Below, one piece after another: positions 13,280 through 25,596 of a stretch of DNA of 64,000 nucleotides. Location: contig OX597823.1 in assembly GCA_951406725.2 (NCBI GenBank), forward strand, positions 95,418,001 through 95,482,000. The letters are read 5' to 3'. How positions within the stretch are numbered: position 1 is the first letter of the stretch; each line of letters opens with the position of its first letter. The DNA comes from Octopus vulgaris. Lineage: Eukaryota. Both the position numbers and the translations under genes were made by a program. Below the pieces are notes generated by a model that saw only the letters and a list, made by a program, of their open reading frames with translations, was not told the origin of the DNA and ran no database searches.

Positions 13280-15150
13280 CCCCTAGGCAAATTCCATTCC
13301 TGCAGTTATGTCACTGTTGGGAGTTAATCCAGAATCTTTTGTGTGGAGGGACTTTGTTGTAAAGATTGTTTTCAAGAATTAGTCCCAGAATCTATTCTGA
13401 CCCAGGAGTTATATTGGAAAGATTATCAATAACCATTGCCAGAACACTTCACGCTATGGCGACAATGTCTTGGAACCACAATCAATATCCAGTCCCAACA
13501 TACATTGCATCATAGAGATGTATTTTTGTAGAAAACTCTATCAATAAAACCCCAGAACTTATTCCATTTTCTTCATTCTTTCACCCTCCATATACGCAGA
13601 TATCTCCCTGGATAAGATGGTGTCTATAGCCAGATATCTCCCTGGATAAGATGGTGTCTATTCCCAGATATCTCCCTGGATAAGATGGTGTCTATACCCA
13701 GATATCTCCCCGGATAAGATGGTATCTATACCCAGATATCTCCCTGGACATGATGGTATCTATACCCAGATATCTTCCTGGATAAGAGGGTGTCTATACC
13801 CAGATATCTCCCTAGGTAAGATGGTGTCTCTACCCAGATATCTCCCTGATTAAGATGGTGTCTATACCCAGATATCTCCCTGGATAAGATGGTATCTATA
13901 CCCAGGTATCTCCCTGGGTAAGATGGTATCTACACCCAGATATCTTCCTGGATAAGAGGGTGTCTATACCCAGATATCTCCCTGGGTAAGATGGTGTCTA
14001 TACCCAGATATCTCCCTGATTAAGATGGTATCCATACCCAGATACCTTCCTGGGTAAGATGGTGTCTATACCCAGATATCTCCCTGGATAAGATTGGTGT
14101 CTATACCCAGATATCTCCCTGATTAAGATGGTGTCTATACCCAGATATCTCCCTGGATAAGATGGTGTCTATACTCAGATATCTCCGTGGATAAGGTGGT
14201 GTCTCTACCCAAATATCTCCCTGGATAAGATGGTGTCTATACCCAGATATCTCCCTGGATAAGATGGTGTCTCTACCCAGATATCTCCCTGGATAAGATG
14301 GTATCTATACCCAGATACCTTCCTGGATAAGATGGTGTCTGTACGCTACCCAGATATCTCCCTGGATAAGATTGGTGTCTATACCCAGATATCTCCCTGA
14401 TTAAGATGGTGTCTATACCTAGATATCTCCCTGGATAAGATGGTGTCTCTACCCATTTATCTCCCTGGATAAGATGGTGTCTATACCCAGATATCTCCCT
14501 GGATAAGATGGTATCTATCTTTGTCCTCGACCTTGTCAACCATGGAACTTGTAGGAGTTATCCTAAACCCATTCTGCCTGTTGCCATGGTTCTCATCAAC
14601 TCCTTTGGTATTAGGCATAACCCTGCAACCTTCCATTTCCACTTTGATGCCAATTGATGGCATCTTCAGGTCCCAACTGTCCCTTATTCTATGATTTCTC
14701 TTGTTCAGGCATGAATTGTTGACATTGGTAATTGATGGGTTTTTGAAGGATGGCAGAGATTTCAGAGCTGTGTCAAAGAGTTCACCTGATTGTTAATTAG
14801 TAATAAAGCGATTGGTGGTTATAGACAGTGAGAAATAGAATTTTTCAACCATCTTCCCTTTCTCTAGCATCATGGAACTTGATTTGGTGGCTTGTAAGTA
14901 GTCTTTCTTGGTAAGGTATGTCTTGCAATATTCACCAACTGTTTGGGACTAATGTCACCAATGTCAGCTATACTTTTACTAGGGGCTGTCCAACACCTGA
15001 CTTAGATGAGGATCTTCCTTATTTCGCCTCAGTCAACTTGCTCACCATATTTTTGGCAAGGACCAACAGGAGAACAAGCTGATGTTTGTCTGATGACTTG
15101 AACTCCAAAGCGATCAGCAGTCTGAAATTCCTGAAGAATTCAAAGGATGG
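13280..15150 (-). mobile_element. Decayed Hero/NeSL-like RLE LINE fragment interrupted by a minisatellite
   Basis: Minus-strand peptides KSSSMMLEKGKMVEKFYFS, GIKV, TMATGRMGLG and LPTVT*LQEWNL resemble Hero-clade RT C-terminal motifs (KSRSLVLKKGK, GRAGLG, LPSPSNLHRWG). Confidence 0.55.
13591..14518. repeat. 34-bp minisatellite, about 27 copies (cccagatatctccctggataagatggtgtctata)
   Basis: Direct tandem units, no spacers. Confidence 0.97.
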
Positions 15151-15752
15151 ATGGAGATATAGTGATGGTGTAGTGTACATTCGGTTTTGCTTTTACACAT
15201 GCATGCAGACACATGCGCACATATGAATAGGATCTTACGACTGAATTGAAAATAGAATTTAGGAGCAATGTATATAACAAAGATCTTGGTACAACATAAC
15301 AACCCTAGCTAATTTATATACATTGATATCCCAGCCTAATTGTTTAAGCTATCCTCATTGGATACTTAACATATACACACAAATACTACATTCATAGTTC
15401 CCGACATTTGCGTTTCTATGTGTACATGTGGCAGTAATACTGTATTGGTGTGTACATCTAATATTAAGCTTCTCATGATGGTTGTATACATGTACAATAA
15501 TTGAATGCTGTGACCATGAAAAATCTTTCTTGCATGGTTCTGTAGGTGCAGGCATGGCTGTGTGGTAAGAAGTTTGCTTCCCAAGCACATAGTTCTGGGT
15601 TAAGTTCCCTTGCATGGCCCCTTGTGTAAGTGTCATCTATTGCTTCATGTTGATAAAAGACTTGTGAGTGGATTTGGTTGACGGACATTGAAAGACACTT
15701 GTCATATATATGTGTGTATATATATGTGTGTGTGTATGTGTGTGTGTGTGTG

Positions 15753-16105
15753 AGGCGCAATGGCCCAGTAGTTAGGGCAGTAGACTCGCGGTCATAGGAT
15801 TGCAGTTTCAATTCCCAGACCGGGTGTTGTGAGTGTTTATTGAGCAAAAACCCCTAAACCTCCATGGGGCTCCGGCAGGGGGTGGTGGCAAACCCTGCTG
15901 TACTCTTTCGCCACAACTTTCTCTCACTCTTTCTTCCTGTTTCTGTTGTACCTATATTTCAAAGGGCCAGTCTTGTCACACTTTGTGTCATGCTGAATCT
16001 ACCCACGAACTACGTTAAGGGTACTCATGTCCGTGGATTGCTCAGCCACTTGCACATTAATTTCATGAACAGGCTGTTCTGTTGATCAGTTCAACTGGAA
16101 CCCTT
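15753..16105 (+). mobile_element. tRNA-derived SINE, second family (also 36011-36290 and 62047-62345)
   Basis: gaggcgcaatggcccagtagttagggcag...gtttcaattccc head; shared ggctccggcagggggtggtggc core. Confidence 0.75.
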
Positions 16106-16114
16106 GTCATAACC

Positions 16115-18110
16115 AACAAAGTTCCAGACAAAGCCATTAGAGCAAAGGAACAGGCCTGGAAAGCCTGGAGGGATGGGGGTAGCAGGGAACTGTACCAGGT
16201 AGCCAAAAGGGAGGCTGGGCGGCAGGTATGCATAGCCAAGGGTGAAGCAGAAAAGAAGTTTGCCAATGTCCGGCGATGTGAGGACCAAAGAACTGAGGTA
16301 TTTCGGATTGCTAGACAGTGTGTGAGAGAAAATTGTAATGTCACAGGTGAGAAATGCGTCCGCATGGATGATGGTGCACTTGCTTTCAATGTTTCTGAAA
16401 AGAAAGAGACTTGGAGAAGCCATTATGAGAGACTGCTGAATGTGGAGAATGAATTGGAGGAGGGGAGCCTGCCAAATGTTGACCCATTAGAGGGACCAGC
16501 TATCCCATTAGAGGGACCAGCTCCCTAGTAGATAAAGCAATTAAGGGTATGAAGCCAGGAAAAGCCCCGGCCCATCAGGAATCACTGCTGAAATGCTTAA
16601 AACATCTGGTGGTGTGGGCTATGGCCTAGTCACCTGCATTGTAAACCAGGTAGTTCATAATGAAGTCATACCCAATGACTGGCGTAGCAGCACCATAGTC
16701 AAGTGCTACAAGGGTAAAGGTGATGCTCTACAGGGGTATCAAACTGTTGGATCAGGTGATGAAGGTCACGGAGAGGGTCAGAGCCCATCTCATTAGGGAG
16801 AGAGTCTGCTTAGTTGAGATGCAGTTTGGTTTTGTTCTGGGTAGAAGCACCACTGATGCCATATTCCTGGTTCGACAACTGCAGGAAAAATACCTAGCTA
16901 AAGATAAACCCCTCCACATAGATTTCGTGGACTTGGAGAAAGCCTTTGACAGGGTCCTCTGGTCTCTTATCTGGTGGGCGATGCGGAAACTGGAGATTGA
17001 CGAATGGTTAATAAGGGCTATACAGGCCCTATACAGAGAAGCCGTCAGCAAGGTTAGGATTGGCAACGAGTATAGTGAAGAATTTCGGGTAGAAGTAGGG
17101 GTCCACCAAGGTTCAGCGCTCAATCCCTTTTATTCATCATAGTCCTCCAGGCAATAACAGAGGAATTCAAAACGGGTTGCTTCTGGGAGCTCCTCTATGC
17201 TCAGAGTGAAAGGTAGAGTGTACGACGCATGTGTACGAACTGCCATGCTTCACGGCAGTGAAACATGGGCTGCGACTGCAGAGGACAAGCATAGGCTTGA
17301 AAGAAATGAAGCTAGCATGATCTGCTGGATGTGTAATGTCAGTGTGCACATACGACAGAGTGTAAGCGCCCTGAGGGAAATGCTGGACATAAGAAGCAAT
17401 GGATGTGGCGTGCAACGTCCGCGCTGGTATGGTCATGTACTACGGATGGATGAGGAGAGATGTATGAAGAAGTGTCACTCTCAAACAGTTCAAGGAATCC
17501 GGAGTAGAGGTAGACCCAGGAAGACATGGAATGAGGTGGTCAAGCATGACCATCGAACATTGAGTCTCACAGAGGCAATGATGAAAGACCGAGACCTCTG
17601 GAGATATGCTGCGACTGCGAAGATTCGACAAATAACGTGAGTTCATGTCTGTTTCCTGCATCAGCTTCACATAGAAGTACCAGTCCATCCAAAGTGCCTT
17701 GGATCGCAGGAAGGCCTGCTGTGCTTGAGGAGACCTATTGAATCAAGTACATCAACATCAATAAATCAAATGGAAATTGTAGTTGTGATACCTGTGCTAG
17801 TGGCACGTAAAAAGCACCATCCGAACGTGGCTGATGCCAGTGCCACCTTGACTGGCTTCCGTGCCGGTGGCACGTAAAAAGCACCAACCGATCGTTGCCG
17901 TTGCCAGCCTCCCCTGTCACCTGTGCCGGTGGCACGTAAAAAGCACCCACTACACTCACGGAGTGGTTGGCGTTAAGAAGGGCATCCAGCTGTAGAAACA
18001 CTGTCAGATCAGACTGGAGCCTGGTGCAGCCTCCTGGCTTCCCAGACCCCGGTCAAACTGTCCAACCCATGTTGGCATGGAAAACGGACGTTAAACGATG
18101 ATGATGATGA
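16115..18110 (+). mobile_element. RTE-clade LINE, 5'-truncated with an internal deletion, (GAT)n tail
   Basis: QFGFVLGRSTTDAIF, FVDLEKAFDRV, GVHQGS, LHGSETWA, RGRPRKTW; 3' end ggaaaacggacgttaaac(gat)n. Confidence 0.9.
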
Positions 18111-18130
18111 TATATATATACATATATATA

Positions 18131-18178
<48 letters not shown>

Positions 18179-18223
18179 TAGAGAGAGAGAGAGAGAGTGA
18201 GAGAGAGAGGGAGGGAGAGAGAG

Positions 18224-18466
18224 AAGAAATGGAGGAAAAATAACAATGAGAAGTGGGTCTTTGGTGCTAAAAAGCCATTATTCAATTAGTTAAGCAAGGT
18301 GAGAGTGAGTTTACAGCTGTTTCTGTGTACTTTGCTGTATTTACCTCAGCATGGTACACAGAAACAGCTGTAAACTCACTCTTACTCTCACCTTGCTTAA
18401 CTAATTAAATAATGGCTTTTTAGCACCAAAGACCCACTTCTCATTGTTATTTATTCTCCATTTCTT
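18224..18466. repeat. Fold-back inverted repeat of about 243 bp (arms about 107-113 bp)
   Basis: 18224-18330 is the reverse complement of 18354-18466 with few mismatches; each arm contains the hammerhead 3' half GAAACAGCTGTA. Confidence 0.92.
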
Positions 18467-19091
18467 ATTACCTATACACGCATGAAACTACGGTTTACGT
18501 TTTGAATTACCCGCGGATTTATACCTTATAACAAGGACCATACCTGCTGAGGTAATTACCAGGAGTGCCTCTGGATACATTTATCCCTTAGAGGATTTAA
18601 ACACCTCTACCTATACCTCCCGTTCATGTGCTCCTGTTTCTGCGTAGATCATAACCCCCCACCCATTCGTTCCTTATTATCTATCTATTTCCTTACCATG
18701 TAAATATAGTTCCGATAGCTTCGTCTCTCTTGTTTGTCTTAAGGTCATGCATATCCGTTAATCGTCATATTTTATTTATTTTATTCAAGTTTATCGTTTC
18801 GTTAATTCATTCTCTCTAAATTTGTCTAACCATAGTATACAAGTGCAGAAGACGATGCTCTCGTCTAAATTTGCTGGTTCGCGGTACACCCTCCCACCCC
18901 CTCCATACTCACCGGAAGTTTCTATCCTCTGTCATCCTTGGTTGTCTTCCGCGAACACTTCTAAGGGCCTCTGCCATCCCCTCACCTACCTAGGGTTTAT
19001 TGATCATATGGCGCATAAAAATGGTGTAGTGTATGCAGGTTGTAGTCTAGTGTTTATTTATGAATTGTGCCAAATGCAAGCTTTCTTTTCA

Positions 19092-22000
19092 GGTACGCGA
19101 CACTGCTGTCCCTCATCCCAGGGTCTCACAGGCCCACACCTCTCACACCCTCAGAGTTGGCACACTCAACGTCGGCACACTGAAATTTAGGTCTGGTGAG
19201 ATTGTTGAGATGCTTGAACGGAGAAGTGTAGATTTGTGCTGCATCCAAGAAGTAAGGTGGAGAGGAGGTTCCGCTAGGTTCATCACACGCAAAGAACACA
19301 CGTACAAGATTGTCTGGGCAGGGAACTTGACGGGGTCGGGGGCATGGGTATACTTCTTGCGGAGAAATAGGTGGATAAGGTGATCGAGGTAGTCAGAGTG
19401 TGCGACGGAATACTTAAGATTAGATTAGTGCTTCACCATAGGATAGCTACCATTATCTCGGCCTATGCCCCTCAGTCGGGGCTACCGGATGTGTAGAAAG
19501 ACCGATTCTATGACACTCTACTGCAGACTACCTCGTTGACGAATGACAGGGACTTTCTCTTTGTGGCTGGCGATTTTAATGGACATGTTGGACAACATGC
19601 AGGGAGCTTCCATGGCTATGGTTTTGGTTCCCGCAATGAGGAGGGAACCAGGCTGCTGGAGTTTTGCGATGTAAATGATCTTATGGTTTGCAACACCAAC
19701 TTCAGGAAACCCACCTGTCACCTAGTCACCTACCGTTCTGGCAAACACACTTGCCAAATTGACTACATCCTCGCAAGAAAAAGGGAAAGAGGGCTGTTTA
19801 TAAATGCCAAAACCTTCCCAGGCGAAGAATGTACCCCTCAACATAGATTAGTAGTTAGTGACTTCGGGATCAGGGCTAAATGGATGCCCAGAAGAACAGC
19901 TTGGAGGAGAAGGGTCTAGAAGCTTAAAGATCCTGCAAATGGACAGAGATTTAGAGACGTATTACTCGAAGCCTTCGACGAAATAGAAGGGGATATAGCT
20001 TTACATAATGTGGAAGACAACTGGAGGTTTCTTCAGGACAACTTGCTGAGAGCCACTGACCAGATCTGTGGATGGTGCAAAGTTCCCTCTCGACCCAAGG
20101 TAACGTGGTGGTGGAACAATGTGGTTGACAGGGCTATTAGACAAAAGAAACAGTCTTGGAAGGACTGGAGGAACGGTGGTAGCAGGGAATTGTATCAGAC
20201 CTCCAGAAGGGAAGCTAGGAGATAGGTTTATTTAGCCAAAGGGGAAGCAGATAAGAAAAAATTTGCCAGTGTTCTGCGCCGTGGGGACCAAAGACTTGAG
20301 GTATTTCGTGTTGCAAGACAGTGTGTGAGAGAGAATTGTGATGTTGTAGGAGAGAAATGTGTTAGCATGGATGATGGCTCACTTGCGCTAAATGAGGCTG
20401 CAAAGAGAGAGGTTTGGAGACGCCACTATAAAAGGTTGCTGAATAAAGAAAATGAATGGGAGAAAGAGAGTCTGCCGAATGTCAAGCCAGCAGAGGGACC
20501 AGCTATCCGAGTAGATAAAGCAATTGAGAGTATGAAGACAGGAAAAGCCCCCGGCCTATCAGGAATCACTGCAGAGATGCTCGAAATATCTGGCAGTGTC
20601 GGCTATAGCCTAGTCACCCGTATAGTTAACCAGGTGATACACGAAGGATTCATACCCAATTACTGGTGTAGCAGCACCATAGTCAACTGCTACAAAGGTA
20701 AAGGTGACGCTTTAGATACAAATAATTACGTAGGTATGAAGTTATTGGATCAAGTAGTGAAGGCCACGGAGAGGGTCATAACCCAACTAGTCAGGGAGAG
20801 AGTCAGTTTAGATGAGATATAGTTTGGGGTTCGTGCCAGGGAAAAGAACCACTGATGCTATATTTCTGGTAAGACAGCTGCAGTAGAAATACCTAGCCAA
20901 AGATAAACTTCTGTACATGGCTTTCGTTGACATGGAGAAAGCATTTGACAGGGTCCCCCAATCCCTTATCTGGTGGTCAATGAGGAATCTAGGGATAAAT
21001 GAAGGGTTAGTGAGAGCTGTGCGAGCCATGTACGGGGACGCCGTCAGTAAGGTGAGGGTTGACAACGAGTACAGTTAAGAATTCTGGGTAGAGGTAGGGG
21101 TCCACCAAGGTTCAGTCCTCCTCCTCCTCCTATTTATCATAGTCCTCCAGGCAATAACAGAAGAATTCAAGATAGGATGCCCCTGGGAGCTCCTCTTTGC
21201 TGATGACCTTGCTCTAATTGCTGAGTCACTATCAGAACTAGTGGAGAAGTTTCAGGCGTGGAAACAAGGATTAGAATCGAAGGGCCTTAGAGTCATCTAG
21301 CTAAAACTAAAGTCTTAATAAGGAAGAAGGTAGAAAAACCACAAACCCCTTGAAGTAGATAGCCCTGCTCGATCTGTAGAAAAGGTGTAGGTAGAAACTC
21401 TATAAGATGTACCCAGTGGAAGCCATGGACACATAAGAGATGCAGCAATGTCAAAGAAAGGCTAACTAGGAAGGTAGTTTTTGTATGTGGCAGATGCTCA
21501 GGAGCAATAAACACTGAAAATGTGCAGAGAAAACCTTCAGCCACATTCCAGGGAGAAAAACTAGAAGTAGTTGATAGCTTCCATTACCTAGGTGACCAAG
21601 TCAGTAGCGGAAGAGGGTGCGCTAAAAGTGTAGCTGCTAGAATAAGAATAGCCTGGGCAAAGTTCAGAGAGCTCTTACCTTTGCTGGTGACAAAGGGCCT
21701 CACGTGCAGAGTAGAAGGTAGACTGTATGATGCATGTGTACGAATAACCATGCTACACGGCAGTGAGACATGGGCTGTGACTGCTGAGGATATGCGTAAG
21801 CTCGCAAGGAATGAAGCCAGTATGCTCCGCTGGATGTGTAATGTCAGTGTGCATACTAGACAGAGTGTAAGTACCTTGAGAGAAAAGTTGGACCTAAGAA
21901 GCATTAGATGTGGTGTGCAAGAGAGACGGCTGCATTGGTACGGTCATGTGGTAAGAATGGATGAGGATAGCTGTGTGAAAAAGTGCTACACCCTAGCCGT

Positions 22001-22785
22001 TGAGGGAACCTGTGGAAGAGGTAGACCCAGGAAGACCTGGGATGAAGTGGTGAAGCATGACCTTCGAACATTAGGCCTCACCAAGGAAATGACTAGCGAC
22101 CGAGACCTTTGGAAATATGCTGTGCTCGAGAAGACCTCGCAAGCCAGATGAAACCATAACCCGTGGCCTATGCCAGGAGCATACCCAGCCCGCATATGCG
22201 TAGCTTTTCCTTCTTTGGTAACTAAACTTTGCTTGCGAAGTCCTGTTGAGGCAAGTGGAATCAAAATCGAACCAAATTCGACTGGCACCCATGCCAACCT
22301 TACGATGACCTCTTGAACCAAATTCGATGACTGGCACCCGTGCCAGTGGAGCGCTAACAGCTCCATCCAAGCGAGATCACTGCCAGAGCAGCTGTCTGGC
22401 TTCCGTGCCAGTGGCACGTAAAAAAGCTCCATTTGAGCATGAGCGTTACCTGCGTTGCCTTACTGGCACATGAACAAAATATTCGAGCAAGGTCGTTGCC
22501 AGTGCCACTGGACTGACTCCTGTGCAGGTGGCACATAAAAAGCACCATTTGAGTGTGGCCGTTGCCAGTACCGCCAGACTGGCCCTTGTGCCAGTGGCAT
22601 GTGTATGCACCCACTACACTCTTGGAGTAGTGAGCGTTAGGAAGGGCATCCAGCTGTAGAAACTCTGCCAGATCAGATTGGAACCTGGTGCAGCCATCTG
22701 GTTCGCCAGTCCTCAGTCAAATCGTCCAACGCATGCCAGCATGGAAAGCGGACGTTAAATGACGATGATGATGATGATGATGATA
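19092..22785 (+). mobile_element. Near full-length RTE LINE (APE endonuclease, RT, PHD-like finger) with multiple stops and frameshifts
   Basis: RVGTLNVGTL...CIQEVRW, VAGDFNGHVG, QIDYIL, QHRLVV (APE); RT motifs; LFADDL; 3' UTR and (GAT)n tail. Confidence 0.93.
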
Positions 22786-23988
22786 TATATATATGTACGT
22801 ATGTATGTATATATGTATGTACGTATGTATGTGTGTATGTATGTATGTATATATGTATGTATTTGTTTGTGTGCATGTGTGTGAGTATGTGTGTGTGAGC
22901 TTGTTCCCTACCACTGCTTGACAGCCGATGTTGGTGTGTTTATGGCCCCGTAATTTAACAGTTCAGTAAAAGGGACCAATATAATAAGAACCAGGCTTTA
23001 TGAAATAGCAATAACTACTGGTTTTGATTCGTTCAAGTAGAATTCTTCAAGCAATGCCCCAACATGGCCACAGTCTAATATCTAGAACAAGCAAATGATA
23101 AAAGATAAGTGAGGTAAATGCTTATCTCTGAAGGTTGCAAAGTCTGGATCAAAATTATATTGAACAAACGAGTGAAAAGAAGTTGGTCTAACGTTAAATA
23201 TTAAACGCCCCACTTTTTATAAAATGCAGACGCCATGAAATTGTATCTATTCACACAGTAACAAGTTCTGAATTCTTCTTTCATATATCTTTAACATTTC
23301 AATGTTTTGTTTTATTATAAAAGCTCTGTGTCAACTAAAGCGAAAATAATAACTTGCTGTATTTTTTATATTATTGAGAAATTTTCAATAGTCAAGATTT
23401 GAAGAGGTAAAGTGTACTTCTTTCCATAAACAACTTGAATGCTTCTCATGGTGCATAGCTAACAACTTTATACACACACACACACACACATAATATATAA
23501 ACATTCACACACACATATACATACGCACATATATACGTGTATACATCTATACATACACTCATATACTTTAGTAAGATAACAGGGTAATGCTGTTTGTAGG
23601 ATTGACAGAGAAGAAGATGACAAGACGTAAAATAAAATAAAGCAGGATAAGATACAATATAGAGGGGAAGCGAAACGAAAGAAAATAAAGTGAAATGATA
23701 TAGTATATATAAAAAAGGGAGCAGAGTAGAAGGAGGTTTAAGTTTCTGTAATTGGTTGAGGGGATATAAAGGATCACAGATATAAAGGGTCACAGATTAA
23801 AGGATCACGGGCATAAAGGCCTTAATGGTTCGTGGATGATATAAAAGCTTTAAAAGTCTAAGGATGTATAAAAGGCTTGTGGACATAGAGGTAGACGGGA
23901 GATAGGTAGGGAGATGGACAGACAGGTAGATAACTAGGTTGATAGATAGACAGACAGACAGAACAATCTATTTTTATCTACACACACC

Positions 23989-24053
<65 letters not shown>

Positions 24054-24212
24054 TTTATTAATAAAGCTGCAAAGACATCACAAAAAATGGCTCTTCAGAG
24101 TTTCATGTTCCTGTTAGTCAGATAGTTTTAGATAAATATATAGCTTGGTAGGTAGATACATGGATAGATGTTTTAGCTTGCATGTGGGAAGTGACCTGCA
24201 AAATAACCTTAC

Positions 24213-24435
24213 CTCAGTGGTGATTGAGGTGTGTGTGTTGGTTTTATCATACACCCAAGAACTGCACTTCTGTGTAGTTTCATTTCCATTTTCTGTGGTA
24301 TTGGAATATATCAAACATTTTTCATAAACCACCTCCCCTTCATCCTCACTCTTTGGAATATATTCGTTTATCAGTTCTTCATGGATTTCACTTTGGATTT
24401 TATACGTGTCGTTGTCGTAACCAGGAATAGCACAC
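24213..24435 (-). CDS. SLC22-like transporter exon 2 (large extracellular loop)
   Basis: Acceptor ttttcctag|G; CAIPGYDNDTYKIQSEIHEELINEYIP...EKCLIYSNTTENGNETTQKCSSWVYDKTNTHTSITTE with conserved Cys, N-glycosylation sequons and a WVYD...SITTE motif; donor GAG|GTAAGG; 223 nt, phase 2 to 0. Confidence 0.93.
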
Positions 24436-24903
24436 CTAGGAAAATATACAAAATAGGTTTCTTTGATCTTTCATTTAAATTTAGTTACATCTTCTGTAGC
24501 TTTCAGACTTGTGGACCTTACCATACATTTGAAAATATTTCGTTTGATGAATTTTATAGACAGAAATAAGTATTCTTATCTCGGTGCAGAGGTCCAGTGT
24601 ACTGTCTCTCACTTAAGGCGACTGAATTATACTGAAACACTGGCTGTTTCAGAGTCTGCCATGTCACTGAATTCTGCATTGTCAACACACGTCGTCTCAA
24701 AGGGAGAAACGTTTATTCAGGCAAAATCCAAGAACGCGAAACATTATTTACTTTTCAAGTCTGCTGGAATACACGCATCAGTGATCTGATTCTCACTGCT
24801 TTCCATGCTCTGGGTAATTTAATATATAATATGCATACACACGCACACACTTACACACGCATATGTATGAATGTATACAAGGTGTTTTCCACTAATATAT
24901 GTA

Positions 24904-24982
<79 letters not shown>

Positions 24983-25563
24983 ATATATATATATATACAT
25001 ACATACATATATATATGTGTGTGTGTATGTGTGTGTGTGCATGTGTGTGTGCGCGCGCGTGTGTGTATATATATATGCATAACTTCTGAACTGCAAAACT
25101 ATTTATTGTTCAGTGAACATAACGCTAAATAAATGTTCTAAATGACTCAATGGATTTCTTTTAAAAGTGAAGTAATTAATATATACATACACGTTGTGTG
25201 TGTGGTATGTAACCCTGACCTTAGTTTGAAGACTAGAGTCTGTTACTCATTAGCTTTACAAGATATTGTAACCAAACTGGAATATTTTGTACAATAAAGA
25301 ATTTCAGTCAATTGAAACCTACAATCAACTATGAAGTCGCTTGAAGAATTACTCGAAAACTACTAAATGGTTTCTTGGCACTAAGCCCTGTCAGATGGTC
25401 TCTTGGTTTCTTTAGATCATTCAAATTTTCTCAACTGATCAATGGACCAGTTGAGTGTACATGTCAGAAGTGTACCTGCAATGACTACTACTGTAGACCA
25501 AATTTACACTAATAAAGGAAAATTATTATTATTTTGTACCTTCTCTTACACACACACGCGCGC

Positions 25564-25565
<2 letters not shown>

Positions 25566-25596
<31 letters not shown>

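Noticed and set aside
13240-13330. Possible extra SLC22 exon (minus-strand AAG|GTAAAT donor near 13245)
   Set aside because: No transporter similarity; exons 2 and 3 already join in phase with a complete ITTE-LNLVC motif
13591-14518. CRISPR-like regular 34-bp repeats
   Set aside because: Units are contiguous with no unique spacers, there are no cas genes, and the context is eukaryotic; it is a minisatellite
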